DNA of 64,000 nucleotides from an uncultured candidate division Zixibacteria bacterium (GTDB taxonomy: Bacteria; Zixibacteria; MSB-5A5; UBA10806), in NCBI GenBank assembly GCA_963801605.1, contig CAWDFP010000006.1, positions 32,001 to 96,000 on the forward strand, written 5' to 3'. Positions 1 through 11,576 of the stretch are shown here, piece after piece. The notes under the pieces are model-generated. The model saw only the letters and a list, made by a program, of their open reading frames with translations, was not told where the DNA came from and did no database searches. The position numbers and the translations under genes are program-made. Numbering within the stretch: position 1 is the stretch's first letter; each line of letters opens with the position of its first letter.

Positions 1-1211
1 AGATACTAACATTCCATCCCGTTGGATCCATCGAGGAAATATATAGTGTTACCAGATTGGCAAGTCCCATGTCCGCTGATAGAATTTGTCCCGCATTGAA
101 GACTATTTGATTGGGCCTGAACCATGTACTCGTGACTGGGGTTATTACCATTTTCGGTCACCCTGGCATAAATTACGGTATCGCTGGAGTAACAAACGAA
201 ATCATGACGAAGGCTATGAATCACGGTATTATCGAACTCATAGCTATTCGGATACAGGTAGTCAGGATTTAGATCGCCCGGATTAATTCCGATATTCCAT
301 ATTCCGTATTGCGAGGGTCCAACATAAAACTTGTAAGTACCATCGAGTATTTGAATTTCCCTGCCATTGCCGCCATTTCTGGGATAGCAGTAAACATACA
401 TAGGTCTGATGAGCAGGGCGTCATTCTGATCCCTGATTTCGCCGTATATGCTGTCTGTCGGGGCGGAATAGGCAAAATTGACACCGTCAATGATACCGTT
501 AGCGGTTCTCATTTGATCGGCGGGCGTTACATAACCCGGAATATCAGAGGGTTTAATCTGGAACAGAAGTCCAGTGCCAGCATCACCAATATTCATCTGA
601 TAGAATCCGCTGTCATTGGTAAGAGCGCCCCATAACTGGGATTCGTCGCCCTGAGGCTTGCCTTCGATCCAAACATTGTGCAGAACCGGGTCGGGGGCAG
701 GATGCCCCGTAACGGTTATCTGGCCGCGAAACATATTGGGGGGTGACAATAGCGGATTGCAATACAAGGCTCTTTGTGCCGAGGTGGCATCGGATTGGTC
801 GGTGGCCTTGAATACGTAATTTCCCGGAGCAACTCCAAGCAGCATAGGCGGAGAAACGTACCAGCCATCCGGAACAGGATTGATGTCCGGCGGAGGGCCG
901 TTTGAAAGAGTATCGCCATCAGCAATATTAAACGTAGCCAGCATCCTATCGGAGGAAGGTTCGATTATCGAATTGCCGTTCAGATCGATCCATATCTCCC
1001 AGGTTATCGTGGCGCCAACGGCGCAATTTGACCCCCAGCTTACCAATTCACCCTGCGTCATAGAGGTTCTCGAAGAATCTCCGTTGACGGAGAAGAAGAT
1101 ATAATTCGTAAGTGCCATCGCCGGTCGGAATGACAACAACACAAATAATAAAAGACCGATCGCAATCCAGGATTGCAGGCCTTTAGACTTAAGATTGGTA
1201 ACAGTTTTCAT
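1..1211 (-). CDS. Secreted or surface protein with N-terminal signal peptide; probably continues beyond the window or is frameshifted near the edge
   Basis: 401-aa ORF; hydrophobic leader ending PAMA; beta-rich composition; GGAG RBS upstream. Confidence 0.65.
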
Positions 1212-1966
1212 ACTCCTCCATGTTTGTCTTTAATTATTGAATGTTACAATTAAGATTTTCGATCTTAAATTCCCTCAACTCCCAATACAGAAGGGGATTT
1301 ACTTAGAAGGATTTTTCCTGTGTTATATATCGGCAGAATAATGGTAATTATAAGTATCGGATAGAATTATGGACCGTCATTATCGGCGGCCAGATGAGAC
1401 TCATGTAACACCAGGGGTTACCCGGTTCCTTTTAGCGAAACTTGTTATTATGATATAGAGCATCATGTTCAAGTAATCGAAGCGAAAACAAGGAACTTGA
1501 AGGGCGGGCGCCGACAGCAGCCGAGTTTTGGAGATTATATCGGATACAGGCTTTCTTTGGATTTTAGCATATTTCAGATAACATAAATATGGTATCAAGA
1601 TTGAGGGAACCATGGATCCCGGCCAAATGAAATGCTTAACGCAGAAATTAGCTATACCAGGGAACTTTACTTGGGCATAATTCAGTTTTTTTCAAGAGAG
1701 GTTTCGTAAGGGAAACTTCGGTAATGGTAGTTTCGGGAGGGGTTTTTAATATTTAAGGCGAAAAGCTTGAGAAAGAGTGGGATTTGCGGATAATTACTAT
1801 ATGGCAGCCCGGCTCATAAACCCCTCTTGTTCATTAACATAACAACAGTTCACAGTGAGGTAAATCGCTTACCGCATATAGGGTAAAAACATAACGTAAA
1901 ATAAATCCAGGTTTTTGGTATTTGATAATGAATAGCAATATCAATTAGGGTTAAGGAGTACAATCC

Positions 1967-3094
1967 ATGATAAAGAGAATGATCATAATGCTGATATGTG
2001 TCCTGGTTTTTATAGGCGCATTAGGATTCACGAAATATCACCAGATCAAAACCGCAATCGCCCAAAATTCATCATACAAACCTCCGCCGGAAGCCGTAAC
2101 CACAGTGGTAGCGGCCCAAAATGAGTGGCAGACGATGTTGAAGTCAATCGGAACTGTGACGGCGGCGCAGGGCGTGGTTGTCAGCGCCGATCTGCCGGGT
2201 ATTGTAGCGGCAATAAATTTCGAATCCGGCAAGCGGGTAAAAACGGGCGACGTGCTCGTACATCTCGATACCAAGCAGGAAGAAGCGCAACTGGCCGGAG
2301 CGGTGGCCCAACAGAAACTGATGCATTTGAATCTCGACCGAGCGAACGGGCTTCGGGACAAAAATTTAATTGCCCAGGCGGATGTGGATCAGGTCAAGGC
2401 TGAAACCGAACAGGCCGATGCCGGCGTAAATGAGATTCAGGCTACTATCGAACGCAAGACGATTCGGGCGCCGTTCGATGGAATACTTGGTATACGTCAG
2501 ATAAATCTGGGTCAATATGTAACTGCCGGCCAGGCGATTGTGCCGTTGCAGGCATTGGACCCGGTATATGTCGATTTCGCGATACCTCAACAAGAGATGG
2601 CGGACGTGCATGTGGGCGATCAACTGGAGGTTGCTCTTGAGGGCACATCCGGGATAGCAGCAAAAGGGCAAATTACGGCGATCAATTCAGTCGTCGATCA
2701 ATCAACGCGCAATATTAATATTCGGGCAACTCTTCCCAACCACGATGGCAAGCTGTTCCCCGGAATGTTTGTGAAGGCGAGCGTGCTGGTAGGCAAAAGC
2801 AATCCCGTGATAGCGGTGCCGGCATCATCGATCGCTTACACCCCATACGGGGATTTCGTTTATATCGTTGATGATTTAAAAGCGCCAAACGGCGAGACAT
2901 ATAAAGGAGTCAAGCAGCAGTTGGTCAGGCTCGGCAGCGCGCGAGGCGATCAAGTGTCAATTGAAAATGGAGTTAGAATTGGTGAAGAGGTGGTAACCTC
3001 CGGCGTATTCAGGCTTCGCAGCGGAGCGGCTGTTGTAGTCAATAATGAAATTCAACCGTCCAATAATCCCACGCCAAAACCCGAGGAGAACTAA
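1967..3094 (+). CDS. RND efflux periplasmic adaptor (membrane fusion protein)
   Basis: N-terminal TM anchor, lipoyl-like GDVLVHLD, TIRAPFDG and LFPGMF motifs; TAATG coupling to the RND gene. Confidence 0.93.
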   Translation: MIKRMIIMLICVLVFIGALGFTKYHQIKTAIAQNSSYKPPPEAVTTVVAAQNEWQTMLKSIGTVTAAQGVVVSADLPGIVAAINFESGKRVKTGDVLVHLDTKQEEAQLAGAVAQQKLMHLNLDRANGLRDKNLIAQADVDQVKAETEQADAGVNEIQATIERKTIRAPFDGILGIRQINLGQYVTAGQAIVPLQALDPVYVDFAIPQQEMADVHVGDQLEVALEGTSGIAAKGQITAINSVVDQSTRNINIRATLPNHDGKLFPGMFVKASVLVGKSNPVIAVPASSIAYTPYGDFVYIVDDLKAPNGETYKGVKQQLVRLGSARGDQVSIENGVRIGEEVVTSGVFRLRSGAAVVVNNEIQPSNNPTPKPEEN

Positions 3095-6000
3095 TGAAAC
3101 TTACGGATCTTTTCATTCGTCGCCCGGTCCTGGCCATAGTCATTAATCTGATTATACTGATCGCCGGGCTCCAGGCGATTCGATCTCTTAATGTACGGCA
3201 ATACCCCAAAAGCGATTTAGCGGTCATTACGGTAACGACGACTTACGTTGGCGCTAACGCTGATCTGGTGCGCGGATTTATCACTACGCCGCTGGAGAGA
3301 GTGATCGCGAACATGGATGGAATCGATTACATGGAATCGTCCAGCTCACAGAGCATGAGCACTATAACGGTCCATCTAAAACTTAATTATGATACCAATG
3401 CGGCACTGACCCAAATTCAAGCTAAGGTAGCACAAGTCCGAAATGATCTCCCCCCGGACGCTCAAGCATCAATTATTGAGCTTGAAACGGCCGAACATCA
3501 ATTTGCGGCCATGTATATCGGATTTGCGTCACAAACGTTCGATCAAAATCAGATTACGGAATACCTAACGCGCGTGGTGCAGCCAAAACTCTCGGCGGTT
3601 AGCGGCGTGCAGAGAGCCGATATTCTGGGCGGCCGCACATTTGCGATGCGTGTATGGCTCAAGCCGGATAGGATGGCGGCCCTGAATATATCACCGTCAC
3701 AGGTGCAGGATGCCTTGGCCAAAAACAATTACCTTTCGGCACTGGGATCCACCAAGGGATCAATGGTGTCCGTAAATCTCGTGGCCAACACCGATATCCA
3801 AACACCTGAAGAGTTTCGTCAAATGGTGGTCAAGGAGGATAACGGAGTAGTAGTGCGACTCGGGGAAATTGCGGATGTCGTATTAGGCGCCGAAGATTAC
3901 AACCAGGATGTACGTTTCAACGGACAAGGCGCGACGTTTATGGGCATCTGGGTACTTCCGACAGCAAATACGCTCGATGTTATCAAGCGTGTGCGTGAGG
4001 TCATTCCGGAAATCCAGTCTCAACTGCCGAACGGCATGACTGTAGGTATCCCCTATGATTCGACCGAGTACATCAAAGACGCCATCGGAGAGGTACTCAA
4101 AACGCTATCGGAAACATTGCTTATCGTAATCATTGTAATCTTCCTATTCCTGGGCTCTATCAGGGGAATGATAATTCCGGTGATAGCAATCCCGGTTTCT
4201 CTGATAGGGGCCGTGTTCTTAATGTTTATCGCCGGATTTACCATTAACCTGCTCACACTTCTCGCTATAGTGCTGTCGGTGGGGTTGGTTGTAGATGACG
4301 CTATAGTGATGGTTGAAAATATCGAACGGCATATACATCTGGGACAACGTCCGGTTCAGGCTGCAGTTCTGGCGGCCCGGGAGCTGGTGGGCCCGATAAT
4401 CGCGATGACTATCACGCTAGCGGCGGTGTATATGCCAATAGGAATTCAAGGCGGATTAACCGGTTCGCTCTTTCGGGAGTTCGCGTTTACGTTGGCAGGA
4501 GCAGTGATAATATCGGGTGTCGTAGCTCTGACGCTCTCCCCTATGATGGGCTCAAGGTTTCTTCGAGCGGGAGACACCGAGCGCGGTTTTGCGGGCATGA
4601 TCAACAGGCATTTTGAGGCAGTTCGCAGCCTGTATATGCGAGTACTAACCCGCATTCTGGCGTACCGTCCGGTGGTTTATGTCCTTTGGGGTATTGTGGC
4701 TTTATTAATGATACCGTTTTATATGTTTGCTCAGCGCGAGTTGGCGCCTGCTGAAGATCAAAGCGTGGTGTTCGGTATCGTGCAGGCATCGCCGAATTCA
4801 ACGCTGGATCAGACCAGGCTTTTCACTGATAAAGTAAATCAGGTTTATCAATCGCTGCCCGAATATAAAAATACATTCCAGGTGACATTTCCCACCGGCG
4901 GCTTTAATGGGCTGGTCACCAAGCCTTGGAGCGAACGGACTAAATCTACAAAACAGATACAACTGGACGTGGCCAGAGGTGTTTCGAAAATTGCGGGTGT
5001 TCGGGTGATCTCGTTGATTCCCCCGGCGCTTCCGGGCGGTGGAGATTTCCCGATAGACCTGGTAATAGCGTCTACGGCTGAACCCGAACAGCTTATTCAG
5101 TTCGCGAATCAGTTGGTGATGAAAGCATACGGCAGCGGCATGTTCATGTATGCTGACGCCGACCTTAAATTCGATCAGCCACAAGCAGAGGTGATATTCG
5201 ATCGTGACAAGATGCGCTCCCTGGGAGTGGATATGAGTCAGGCGGGCCGCGATCTTTCCACGCTCTTAAGCGGGAATTATGTAAATCGGTTTAGTTTCCA
5301 GGGCCGGAGTTATAAGGTTATACCTCAGGTTGAGCGAAGCCAGCGTTTAACACCTGATCAACTCGAGGGGATTTATGTGACGGGGCCGGCGGGACATCTG
5401 GTGCCGCTGTCTACTTTCGCCACTCTGCAATCCTCGACTCAGCCTCGCGAACTGAAGCGATTTCAGCAGCTAAACGCGGTGCGTATCCAGGGGGTGATTC
5501 CTCCGGGGGTTTCGCTCGATAAAGCGTTGAGCTTTCTTGAAGATCAGGCAAAGCAGATACTTCCACGCGGTTACACTATCGATTATGCGGGGGAATCGCG
5601 GCAACTGCGTGTTGAGGGCAGTAAGTTTCTCGGCATTTTCCTGCTTTCGGCTATTCTGATATTCCTCGTGCTGGCGGCACAATTCGAGAGTTTTCGCGAT
5701 CCGTTCGTGATTCTGGCGGGATCGGTTCCGTTGGCGATATCCGGCGCTATGATGTTTATGTTCCTCGGATTTACTACTCTTAACATTTATAGCCAGGTCG
5801 GACTGATAACGCTGGTTGGGCTGGTATCGAAAAATGGAATATTAATAGTCCAGTTTGCCAATCAACTTCAGGCCACGGGCAGAAATAAAATTCAGGCAGT
5901 CATTGAAGCAGCCGGAACAAGATTGCGTCCGATTCTGATGACCACGGCAGCTACAGTGGTCGGCCATTTACCGTTGGTCTTTGCACATGGTCCCGGCGCC

Positions 6001-6180
6001 GGGGCGCGAAATAGTATCGGTATTACGCTGGTAAGCGGAATGATTATCGGCACGGCATTTACATTATTCGTAGTTCCTGCGATTTACATGCTTGTGGCGG
6101 GCGTTCACAGGCCGGAGATTTCTATCGAGACAGAGCAGGAATTTGTGTCGGCCAAAGCCCTGGTAGCAGTACCGCAATAG
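3094..6180 (+). CDS. RND efflux permease (AcrB/MexW-like, HAE1)
   Basis: 1028 aa; FIRRPV start, GLVVDDAIVMVENI, KNGILIV and RLRPILMT motifs. Confidence 0.96.
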   Translation: MKLTDLFIRRPVLAIVINLIILIAGLQAIRSLNVRQYPKSDLAVITVTTTYVGANADLVRGFITTPLERVIANMDGIDYMESSSSQSMSTITVHLKLNYDTNAALTQIQAKVAQVRNDLPPDAQASIIELETAEHQFAAMYIGFASQTFDQNQITEYLTRVVQPKLSAVSGVQRADILGGRTFAMRVWLKPDRMAALNISPSQVQDALAKNNYLSALGSTKGSMVSVNLVANTDIQTPEEFRQMVVKEDNGVVVRLGEIADVVLGAEDYNQDVRFNGQGATFMGIWVLPTANTLDVIKRVREVIPEIQSQLPNGMTVGIPYDSTEYIKDAIGEVLKTLSETLLIVIIVIFLFLGSIRGMIIPVIAIPVSLIGAVFLMFIAGFTINLLTLLAIVLSVGLVVDDAIVMVENIERHIHLGQRPVQAAVLAARELVGPIIAMTITLAAVYMPIGIQGGLTGSLFREFAFTLAGAVIISGVVALTLSPMMGSRFLRAGDTERGFAGMINRHFEAVRSLYMRVLTRILAYRPVVYVLWGIVALLMIPFYMFAQRELAPAEDQSVVFGIVQASPNSTLDQTRLFTDKVNQVYQSLPEYKNTFQVTFPTGGFNGLVTKPWSERTKSTKQIQLDVARGVSKIAGVRVISLIPPALPGGGDFPIDLVIASTAEPEQLIQFANQLVMKAYGSGMFMYADADLKFDQPQAEVIFDRDKMRSLGVDMSQAGRDLSTLLSGNYVNRFSFQGRSYKVIPQVERSQRLTPDQLEGIYVTGPAGHLVPLSTFATLQSSTQPRELKRFQQLNAVRIQGVIPPGVSLDKALSFLEDQAKQILPRGYTIDYAGESRQLRVEGSKFLGIFLLSAILIFLVLAAQFESFRDPFVILAGSVPLAISGAMMFMFLGFTTLNIYSQVGLITLVGLVSKNGILIVQFANQLQATGRNKIQAVIEAAGTRLRPILMTTAATVVGHLPLVFAHGPGAGARNSIGITLVSGMIIGTAFTLFVVPAIYMLVAGVHRPEISIETEQEFVSAKALVAVPQ

Positions 6181-6292
6181 ATAGACGGCTGAGATTATTT
6201 GGGGGCTGAATTACGTTAAACTCCGGGCATTGACGCTCTTTAGGAAAGCATCATTTGCCCGGGGTGTGATTAGCGATGCGAGACAAATTGCG

Positions 6293-6859
6293 ATGAGAAA
6301 AGTAATATTTGAAATGCTTATATCTCTCGATGGCTTTTTCGAGGGGCCAAACGGAGAGATTGACTGGCATAATGTAGATGCCGAGTTTAATGATTTTGCG
6401 ATTGAATTTCTGGACTCGGTAGACATGCTTTTATTTGGCAGGGTAACATACCAGCTAATGGCGGCCTACTGGCCAACTTCGGAAGCGATAAAGGACGATC
6501 CTATCGTGGCTGGCAAAATGAATAAATTGCCTAAGATCGTATTTTCAAAAACACTGAATAAGGCCGATTGGAATAATACCACGTTAGTGAAGGATAATAT
6601 TGCGGAGGAGATTTCAAAACTGAAACGACAAGCGGGCAAAGACCTGGTAATATTTGGAAGCTCGAATTTTGCATTGACACTGATTCAAGACGGTTTGATA
6701 GACGAGTTTCGAATAATGGTAAATCCGGTGGTATTGGGTAAAGGCAATCCGCTGTTTAGCGGAATAAACGGCCCGCTTAAATTAAAGCTAATCAAAACCA
6801 GGACGTTTCGTTCGGGAAATGTAATGCTCTATTATGAACCGATCAGAGAGAAAGCATAA
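6293..6859 (+). CDS. Dihydrofolate reductase-like (RibD C-terminal) protein
   Basis: ISLDGF, LLFGRVTY, KIVFSKTL, GLIDE and PVVLGKG motifs. Confidence 0.9.
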   Translation: MRKVIFEMLISLDGFFEGPNGEIDWHNVDAEFNDFAIEFLDSVDMLLFGRVTYQLMAAYWPTSEAIKDDPIVAGKMNKLPKIVFSKTLNKADWNNTTLVKDNIAEEISKLKRQAGKDLVIFGSSNFALTLIQDGLIDEFRIMVNPVVLGKGNPLFSGINGPLKLKLIKTRTFRSGNVMLYYEPIREKA

Positions 6860-6898
6860 ACGGGCTTATTTAAAATTGTAAAAAATCTATCTGGATAA

Positions 6899-7517
6899 TT
6901 ATAATAGGCTTTTTCGCCATAAAAGCTGAATTTCGTAAGGCAAATCCGGGTAGGCGTCAGGCCGAACAAACGCTAATTCATAGCCATGATTAGCATAGAA
7001 CCTGCATGCCGGTACGTTGGTATTTTGAGTTTCGATTATTATAGCGATATTATTTTTTGCTTTAGCCCATTGTTCACATTTATCGAGAAGAATTGACCCA
7101 ATACCTTTTCCCCGCCATTCCGGCGAGATTCGGATATCCCATACGACAGCCTGATTAGCGGGCTTGTCGAGAATAATGAGGTCATCCGCTTTAAGAGGCA
7201 ATCGCCGCTGCCCCAACGGCCTTATTTCCGATCCGCACTGAAAATAATAACCACTCTGTCATGTCAAATCTTTTAGGCCAATCGGACGGGCTATTTCCCG
7301 GTAATTGATCGTAGTTTTTGAGATATGAGGTTTCCAATTTGCGTTCACTTTGCAGCAGGCTGCTCAAATTACAATCCGCATTGGGGGGAAATAAAATACT
7401 CGAAACATTGAAGGCAATTGATATCTGACAATACATATCGAGGAATGATAAGGATTCTTCACGTATTTCGAGCGGCGATGAGAGTGCTCTGCCATTACGA
7501 GGCATTTTATGGTTCAT
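6899..7517 (-). CDS. GNAT acetyltransferase (streptothricin acetyltransferase-like); frameshift near 7200
   Basis: Two overlapping ORFs join into one protein; WRGKGIG acetyl-CoA motif and ETQNTNVPACRFY. Confidence 0.8.
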
Positions 7518-7652
7518 AAGGATAAATTAATATCCTGATTATTTCACTGCAATCGATTTTGCGCATTAGAAGGCCGGAGTTCTCGGCCAGGTTCAAGGCA
7601 TTTTTGAAAGTCCGGGCGCTCAGGGCATCAAGATGCTGCAACTGATAAGATT

Positions 7653-8030
7653 TCAGGATCGATTTGCGCCGGCGAACATGGCGGCAAACGGCCGACCATC
7701 GAATGCCGACTCGACGTGCACGATCTTGCCGTTATTTATCTGATGCCATTCAGCAACCAGCGTGGTTGCCTCCGCCGGGGCCTTGGTTACCAACTCGAAA
7801 AAGACAGCCGCATTATTGCCCTCGGCAATTATTACTTTAATATCCAGCCGCGTGGTGACTGATAACAGGCCTGTTAGGGCTGTGAGATATTGATCGGCGT
7901 TACGATATGTTTCAAAAAGGCCAACAAATATAAGATCGTCGCTTAAGTATCTGCGGGCAGTAGTGAGATCCCTATTTATAACGGCCGCGTAAAAATTCTT
8001 TAAGGTATCCCCTGCGTTTGTCATAATCAT
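7653..8030 (-). CDS. SnoaL-like / NTF2-family protein
   Basis: 125 aa; typical FY..., LSDD and GKIV pattern. Confidence 0.75.
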   Translation of the reverse strand: MIMTNAGDTLKNFYAAVINRDLTTARRYLSDDLIFVGLFETYRNADQYLTALTGLLSVTTRLDIKVIIAEGNNAAVFFELVTKAPAEATTLVAEWHQINNGKIVHVESAFDGRPFAAMFAGANRS

Positions 8031-8060
8031 GCTCCCCTTTTTATTATTTTATTAATATTG

Positions 8061-8492
8061 TCAATCGTATTCCAGCGCCTCCCCAGATTCCAACAGGCTT
8101 TTCATGCTGTTCAGGAGCTGCGGCCAACCCTCGCCAACATCCTCAAGGGCGTTAGCGCTGAGGTTTTCATGAGTGACAGTTAGCCTTACTACGAATTTCC
8201 CGGCTGGCGCGATTTCCATAGTTACAATCGAAGGGGCATCTTTCGATATAGCCGGCTTTCCTTCCAAGTGAAATGTATAGGAAAGTTTCGTAAGGGGCTG
8301 ATATATTAGCACTTTGCCCAGCCAATCGATTTTATTTCCGTCGTAGAGCGCTTTAATTTCCGAGCCAACTTTCCAATCCGTTGCCAAGCGACGGCCCCAC
8401 CAATATTTTTCGGTGAATTCCGGGTCGGTCAGTGCCTTCCAGAGTTTCTCCGAAGTTGTTTTGATATAGATTGCGTAAAAAAAGCGATCCAT
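8061..8492 (-). CDS. SRPBCC (AHSA1/START-like) protein
   Basis: LWKALTDPE, RLTVTH and GWPQLLNSMKSLLE motifs. Confidence 0.88.
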   Translation of the reverse strand: MDRFFYAIYIKTTSEKLWKALTDPEFTEKYWWGRRLATDWKVGSEIKALYDGNKIDWLGKVLIYQPLTKLSYTFHLEGKPAISKDAPSIVTMEIAPAGKFVVRLTVTHENLSANALEDVGEGWPQLLNSMKSLLESGEALEYD

Positions 8493-8589
8493 TTTTAGTC
8501 TCCATTTTACGAAAGGGGTGGATAGTTCCACCCCAATTATCGCCACTTATCCATTATCAAGGATATGTACACATTTTGGTTGATTGCCA

Positions 8590-9661
8590 TTATTTAACCA
8601 AAGTCATCCGTTTTGTTTCTGAGAAATCCCCGGCTCTAATATTATAGAAGTACACACCTGATGGTTTGTCGGCGGCGTTCCAAATCACAATGTGATTGCC
8701 GGCCGACTGGTTATCGTCTACGAGAGTTTCAATTCTTCGCCCCTGGATATCATATACGGTCAAATTGACGTCGGAGTTTATCGGTAGGTTGTATTGGATT
8801 GCCGTAGTTGGGTTGAATGGATTGGGGTAGTTTTGGGCTATGCTGAAATCGTTTGGCAAAGAGCCATTTTCAGCCACCGGGGTTTGCTGGCCCAGGAATT
8901 CGGCCGAGGCATCACTGCTATAGTTTACCGTATTAGAAGACACTTCCTTAGATACGCCAACCAGCGTATTAAAGCCCGCTCCAATGAAATTTGCCGTATA
9001 ATTATCGGATGTAGATGAAAAAAGCAGATTGTTCAGGCTGTCGTAGGTATTGAAAGTCATCCTTTCGTGAGACATAACGCGCAGGCATGAAACCGAATTG
9101 GTATTGTAGCGCGCAGTTCCCCAGGCGTTAGCGGAATAATAGGTCGTATCGAGAATATTGGTATGAAATAGTCCGCTATGCAGAGTCCAATGATGATATC
9201 CGGTCCACGAATTGCCGTAAGCGATGGGGAAAGTCCAATCGGGGGCGTTGTTTCTATAGACTACGATGGACCCTCCGTTTGGCGCACGGCTGACATTTCC
9301 CTCGCCGGTATATACGCTTGAATTGGATTGGTAGAATATCCAACTGGTATCCGTTCCTAAAATTGCCTTAAATACAAGATTGGCGTTCGGAAAACTATCG
9401 AGGGATGGTGAAGTACTGAGTTCAATTACAGTCACAGCGAAATTCCCTCCATATACCCGATTCGAAAAGTCCCAAGTCAAAGGCCCGCCGTTACCGTTGG
9501 AGGCGAAATAAAAAAGCGCACTATCGGCTTGAGCATCGCCACGGCTCTGAAGAACCGTGCCGGGTACCGGCTGAAAATTATTATTGATAGTGATCTGCGC
9601 CAGCGCCGCTTGTTGAAGAAACGGCCAACATCGTTAGTGCAGTTAAAAGCATTTTACGCAT
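8590..9661 (-). CDS. Secreted protein with C-terminal T9SS/FlgD-like sorting domain; frameshift in the signal-peptide region
   Basis: C-terminus AQNYPNPFNPTT...YDIQGR...SGVYFY...MTLVK; ATG and GGAG RBS at about 9661. Confidence 0.8.
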
Positions 9662-10090
9662 AAGTCTCCCCCCTATTTATTAATAAGACGCGTTGCTCGT
9701 CGGATTGCACTTAAAGGTTTAGCCCGTAAATGCTCCTATAATTGATATATTTGATTTTAAACAACACTCCTGCGAAAAAGCATCGAATAATCATTGTAAC
9801 CATAAATAATTTGTTTACCTTAACGGCGACAAGTAATTTGGAGTTCCCTTCCGGTGGAAATATATCTGAAGATGAATAGGGGCAGACAACATTTTTGCGG
9901 CCAAATCGATTGTGAACAGAGTAGTTATTTAGATTGATATAATTGATACTGAAGAATGACAAAGTATTAAGAGATACCCGATATCGGGTTATTTTATGCT
10001 GAATTGGTAGGGATAAGAAGGCAATTTTTATCGTCCAACGGCGATATTGATGGCGGATCATAGCTGGCGTTAAATATGTTCCGCACCTTA

Positions 10091-10432
10091 TCAGTCGCGA
10101 TCGAAATGCGGCAGTTGATCGGGGATCGGAATTGAAATTTCCACATAACCCTGAAACTTCCCCGTTTCGAACAGCGGTATTTGATGGATGATTTTCTTTT
10201 GTCCGTTTTTCCTAATCGTATAATGATTTGGCTGGCGCGATTTATACATCGAGGCCAATTTAGACCGGGATGGTTCGGGATGGCAGACCAGGACATCGCT
10301 GCCGATCAAGGCGCTGCCGCCGTCAGCCGCGAAAGTAGAGACCGAGGCGGGATTCATTTCGGTAATTATGCCATTAGCATCGGTGACCGTGATTGCGATG
10401 GCGGCGTGATTGTTCCAGTTATCGGTAGTCAT
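10091..10432 (-). CDS. Standalone PAS-domain protein
   Basis: AITVTDANG..MN, LIG..V..CHP and NHYTI.KNG.KK motifs; AGGAG RBS. Confidence 0.8.
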   Translation of the reverse strand: MTTDNWNNHAAIAITVTDANGIITEMNPASVSTFAADGGSALIGSDVLVCHPEPSRSKLASMYKSRQPNHYTIRKNGQKKIIHQIPLFETGKFQGYVEISIPIPDQLPHFDRD

Positions 10433-10534
10433 TGAGTTTCTCCTACATAAATCTGTTTGCAGGGAAATATACGAGAATTTGCCATATGGCGCGATGGAAA
10501 ATGAGGGAATAATCATTCACATTTTGGTGAATTT

Positions 10535-10557
10535 TGGTGGAGGCGGGCGGAATTGAA
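10535..10557 (-). mobile_element. Displaced tmRNA 3'-end fragment (att-site scar)
   Basis: Minus strand reads TTCAATTCCGCCCGCCTCCACCA; 18/20 identical to ssrA 33360-33379, same orientation, and ends in CCA. Confidence 0.75.
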
Positions 10558-10997
10558 TCTCATTTTCAGCATACGGGACATAGACTTATTGACGGGGGAA
10601 CGAAAGTGGGATGAATTTCAGCCCATTTTTAATAAAAACAATGTTGGTGACCATCGGGTCCCAAACCCGAATATTGATCGCAAGGATAAATTATTGTTTG
10701 ATGATGTCATCAATGTCGCGTGAGCAATGGAAGCGTTTCTGTCACAAAGGATTATCCGCAGAAGCACCATCTGAATCATGCTCGGATGAGCGCTATTATC
10801 GCTTTCCTTATTTAGATAATTTCTTCAAAATATGTCCGTTGAAGTTCTGCATATTTAATATTTACGGCTCAATTATTTATTATTAAAAAATCTATGCCGT
10901 AACATATTAAAATAGTTTCGGATTATCGCCCTTAATTTCACAATAAAAGATCCTTATTAAGAATTCATTTTCAATTAATATCATTATTCTAAAAATA

Positions 10998-11015
10998 TAG
11001 TTGCAAGTGCAACTA
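10998..11015. promoter_or_regulatory. Putative MarR operator
   Basis: Inverted repeat TAGTTGCA-AG-TGCAACTA about 50 bp upstream of the marR-family gene. Confidence 0.7.
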
Positions 11016-11066
11016 AATGTATTATATTGCGTTTAAATTTGAAGCTGGAAAACGAACGGAAGGAAT

Positions 11067-11576
11067 TTGAGAATGACTAAAAAGCCAAACCCGGAAGCAC
11101 TGCGAGTGATGGTTCAGGCTTTTATCCATCGATTCGGATTGCTTGATCAGACGCGTACTCCCTGCGGTTTGGCAATCAGCGTATCTGACGCCCATGCACT
11201 TATGGAGCTATTGAACAATCCCAATATCGATCAAATGGACCTGTCCCGGCGGCTTGGTCTTTCCAAGAGCGCGACAACAAGATTGGTGCAAAGGCTAAAA
11301 AGACGCGGGCAAATTAATCGAACTCGAAGTCAGGCCGACGGTCGGGCTTACAATCTCCAATTGACGGAAAAAGGCAAGCGTCAGGCTCAAATGATTAACC
11401 GTGAGAGCCTGTCGACTTTCAGTTCAATCATTTCTGAGCTATCAGTAGAAACGGCTGATAAATTATTGGAATGTCTGCCGTATCTAATCGAGGCGCTGCC
11501 TAAAACGCATGGCGATAAAAATTCCCGTGATCTTGAACATAACGATAATGGTATTAAAGGAAAAATAAATGATTAA
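11067..11576 (+). CDS. MarR-family transcriptional regulator
   Basis: wHTH LSRRLGLSKSATTRLV; DGR...LTEKG motif. Confidence 0.92.
   Translation: MRMTKKPNPEALRVMVQAFIHRFGLLDQTRTPCGLAISVSDAHALMELLNNPNIDQMDLSRRLGLSKSATTRLVQRLKRRGQINRTRSQADGRAYNLQLTEKGKRQAQMINRESLSTFSSIISELSVETADKLLECLPYLIEALPKTHGDKNSRDLEHNDNGIKGKIND

Noticed and set aside
1809..1830. CCGGCTCATAA match to the end of repeat copy 1
   Set aside because: Only 11 nt and no hairpin; could be chance
6899..10432. Integron-like array of small same-strand genes
   Set aside because: No repeated attC-like palindromes seen between the genes
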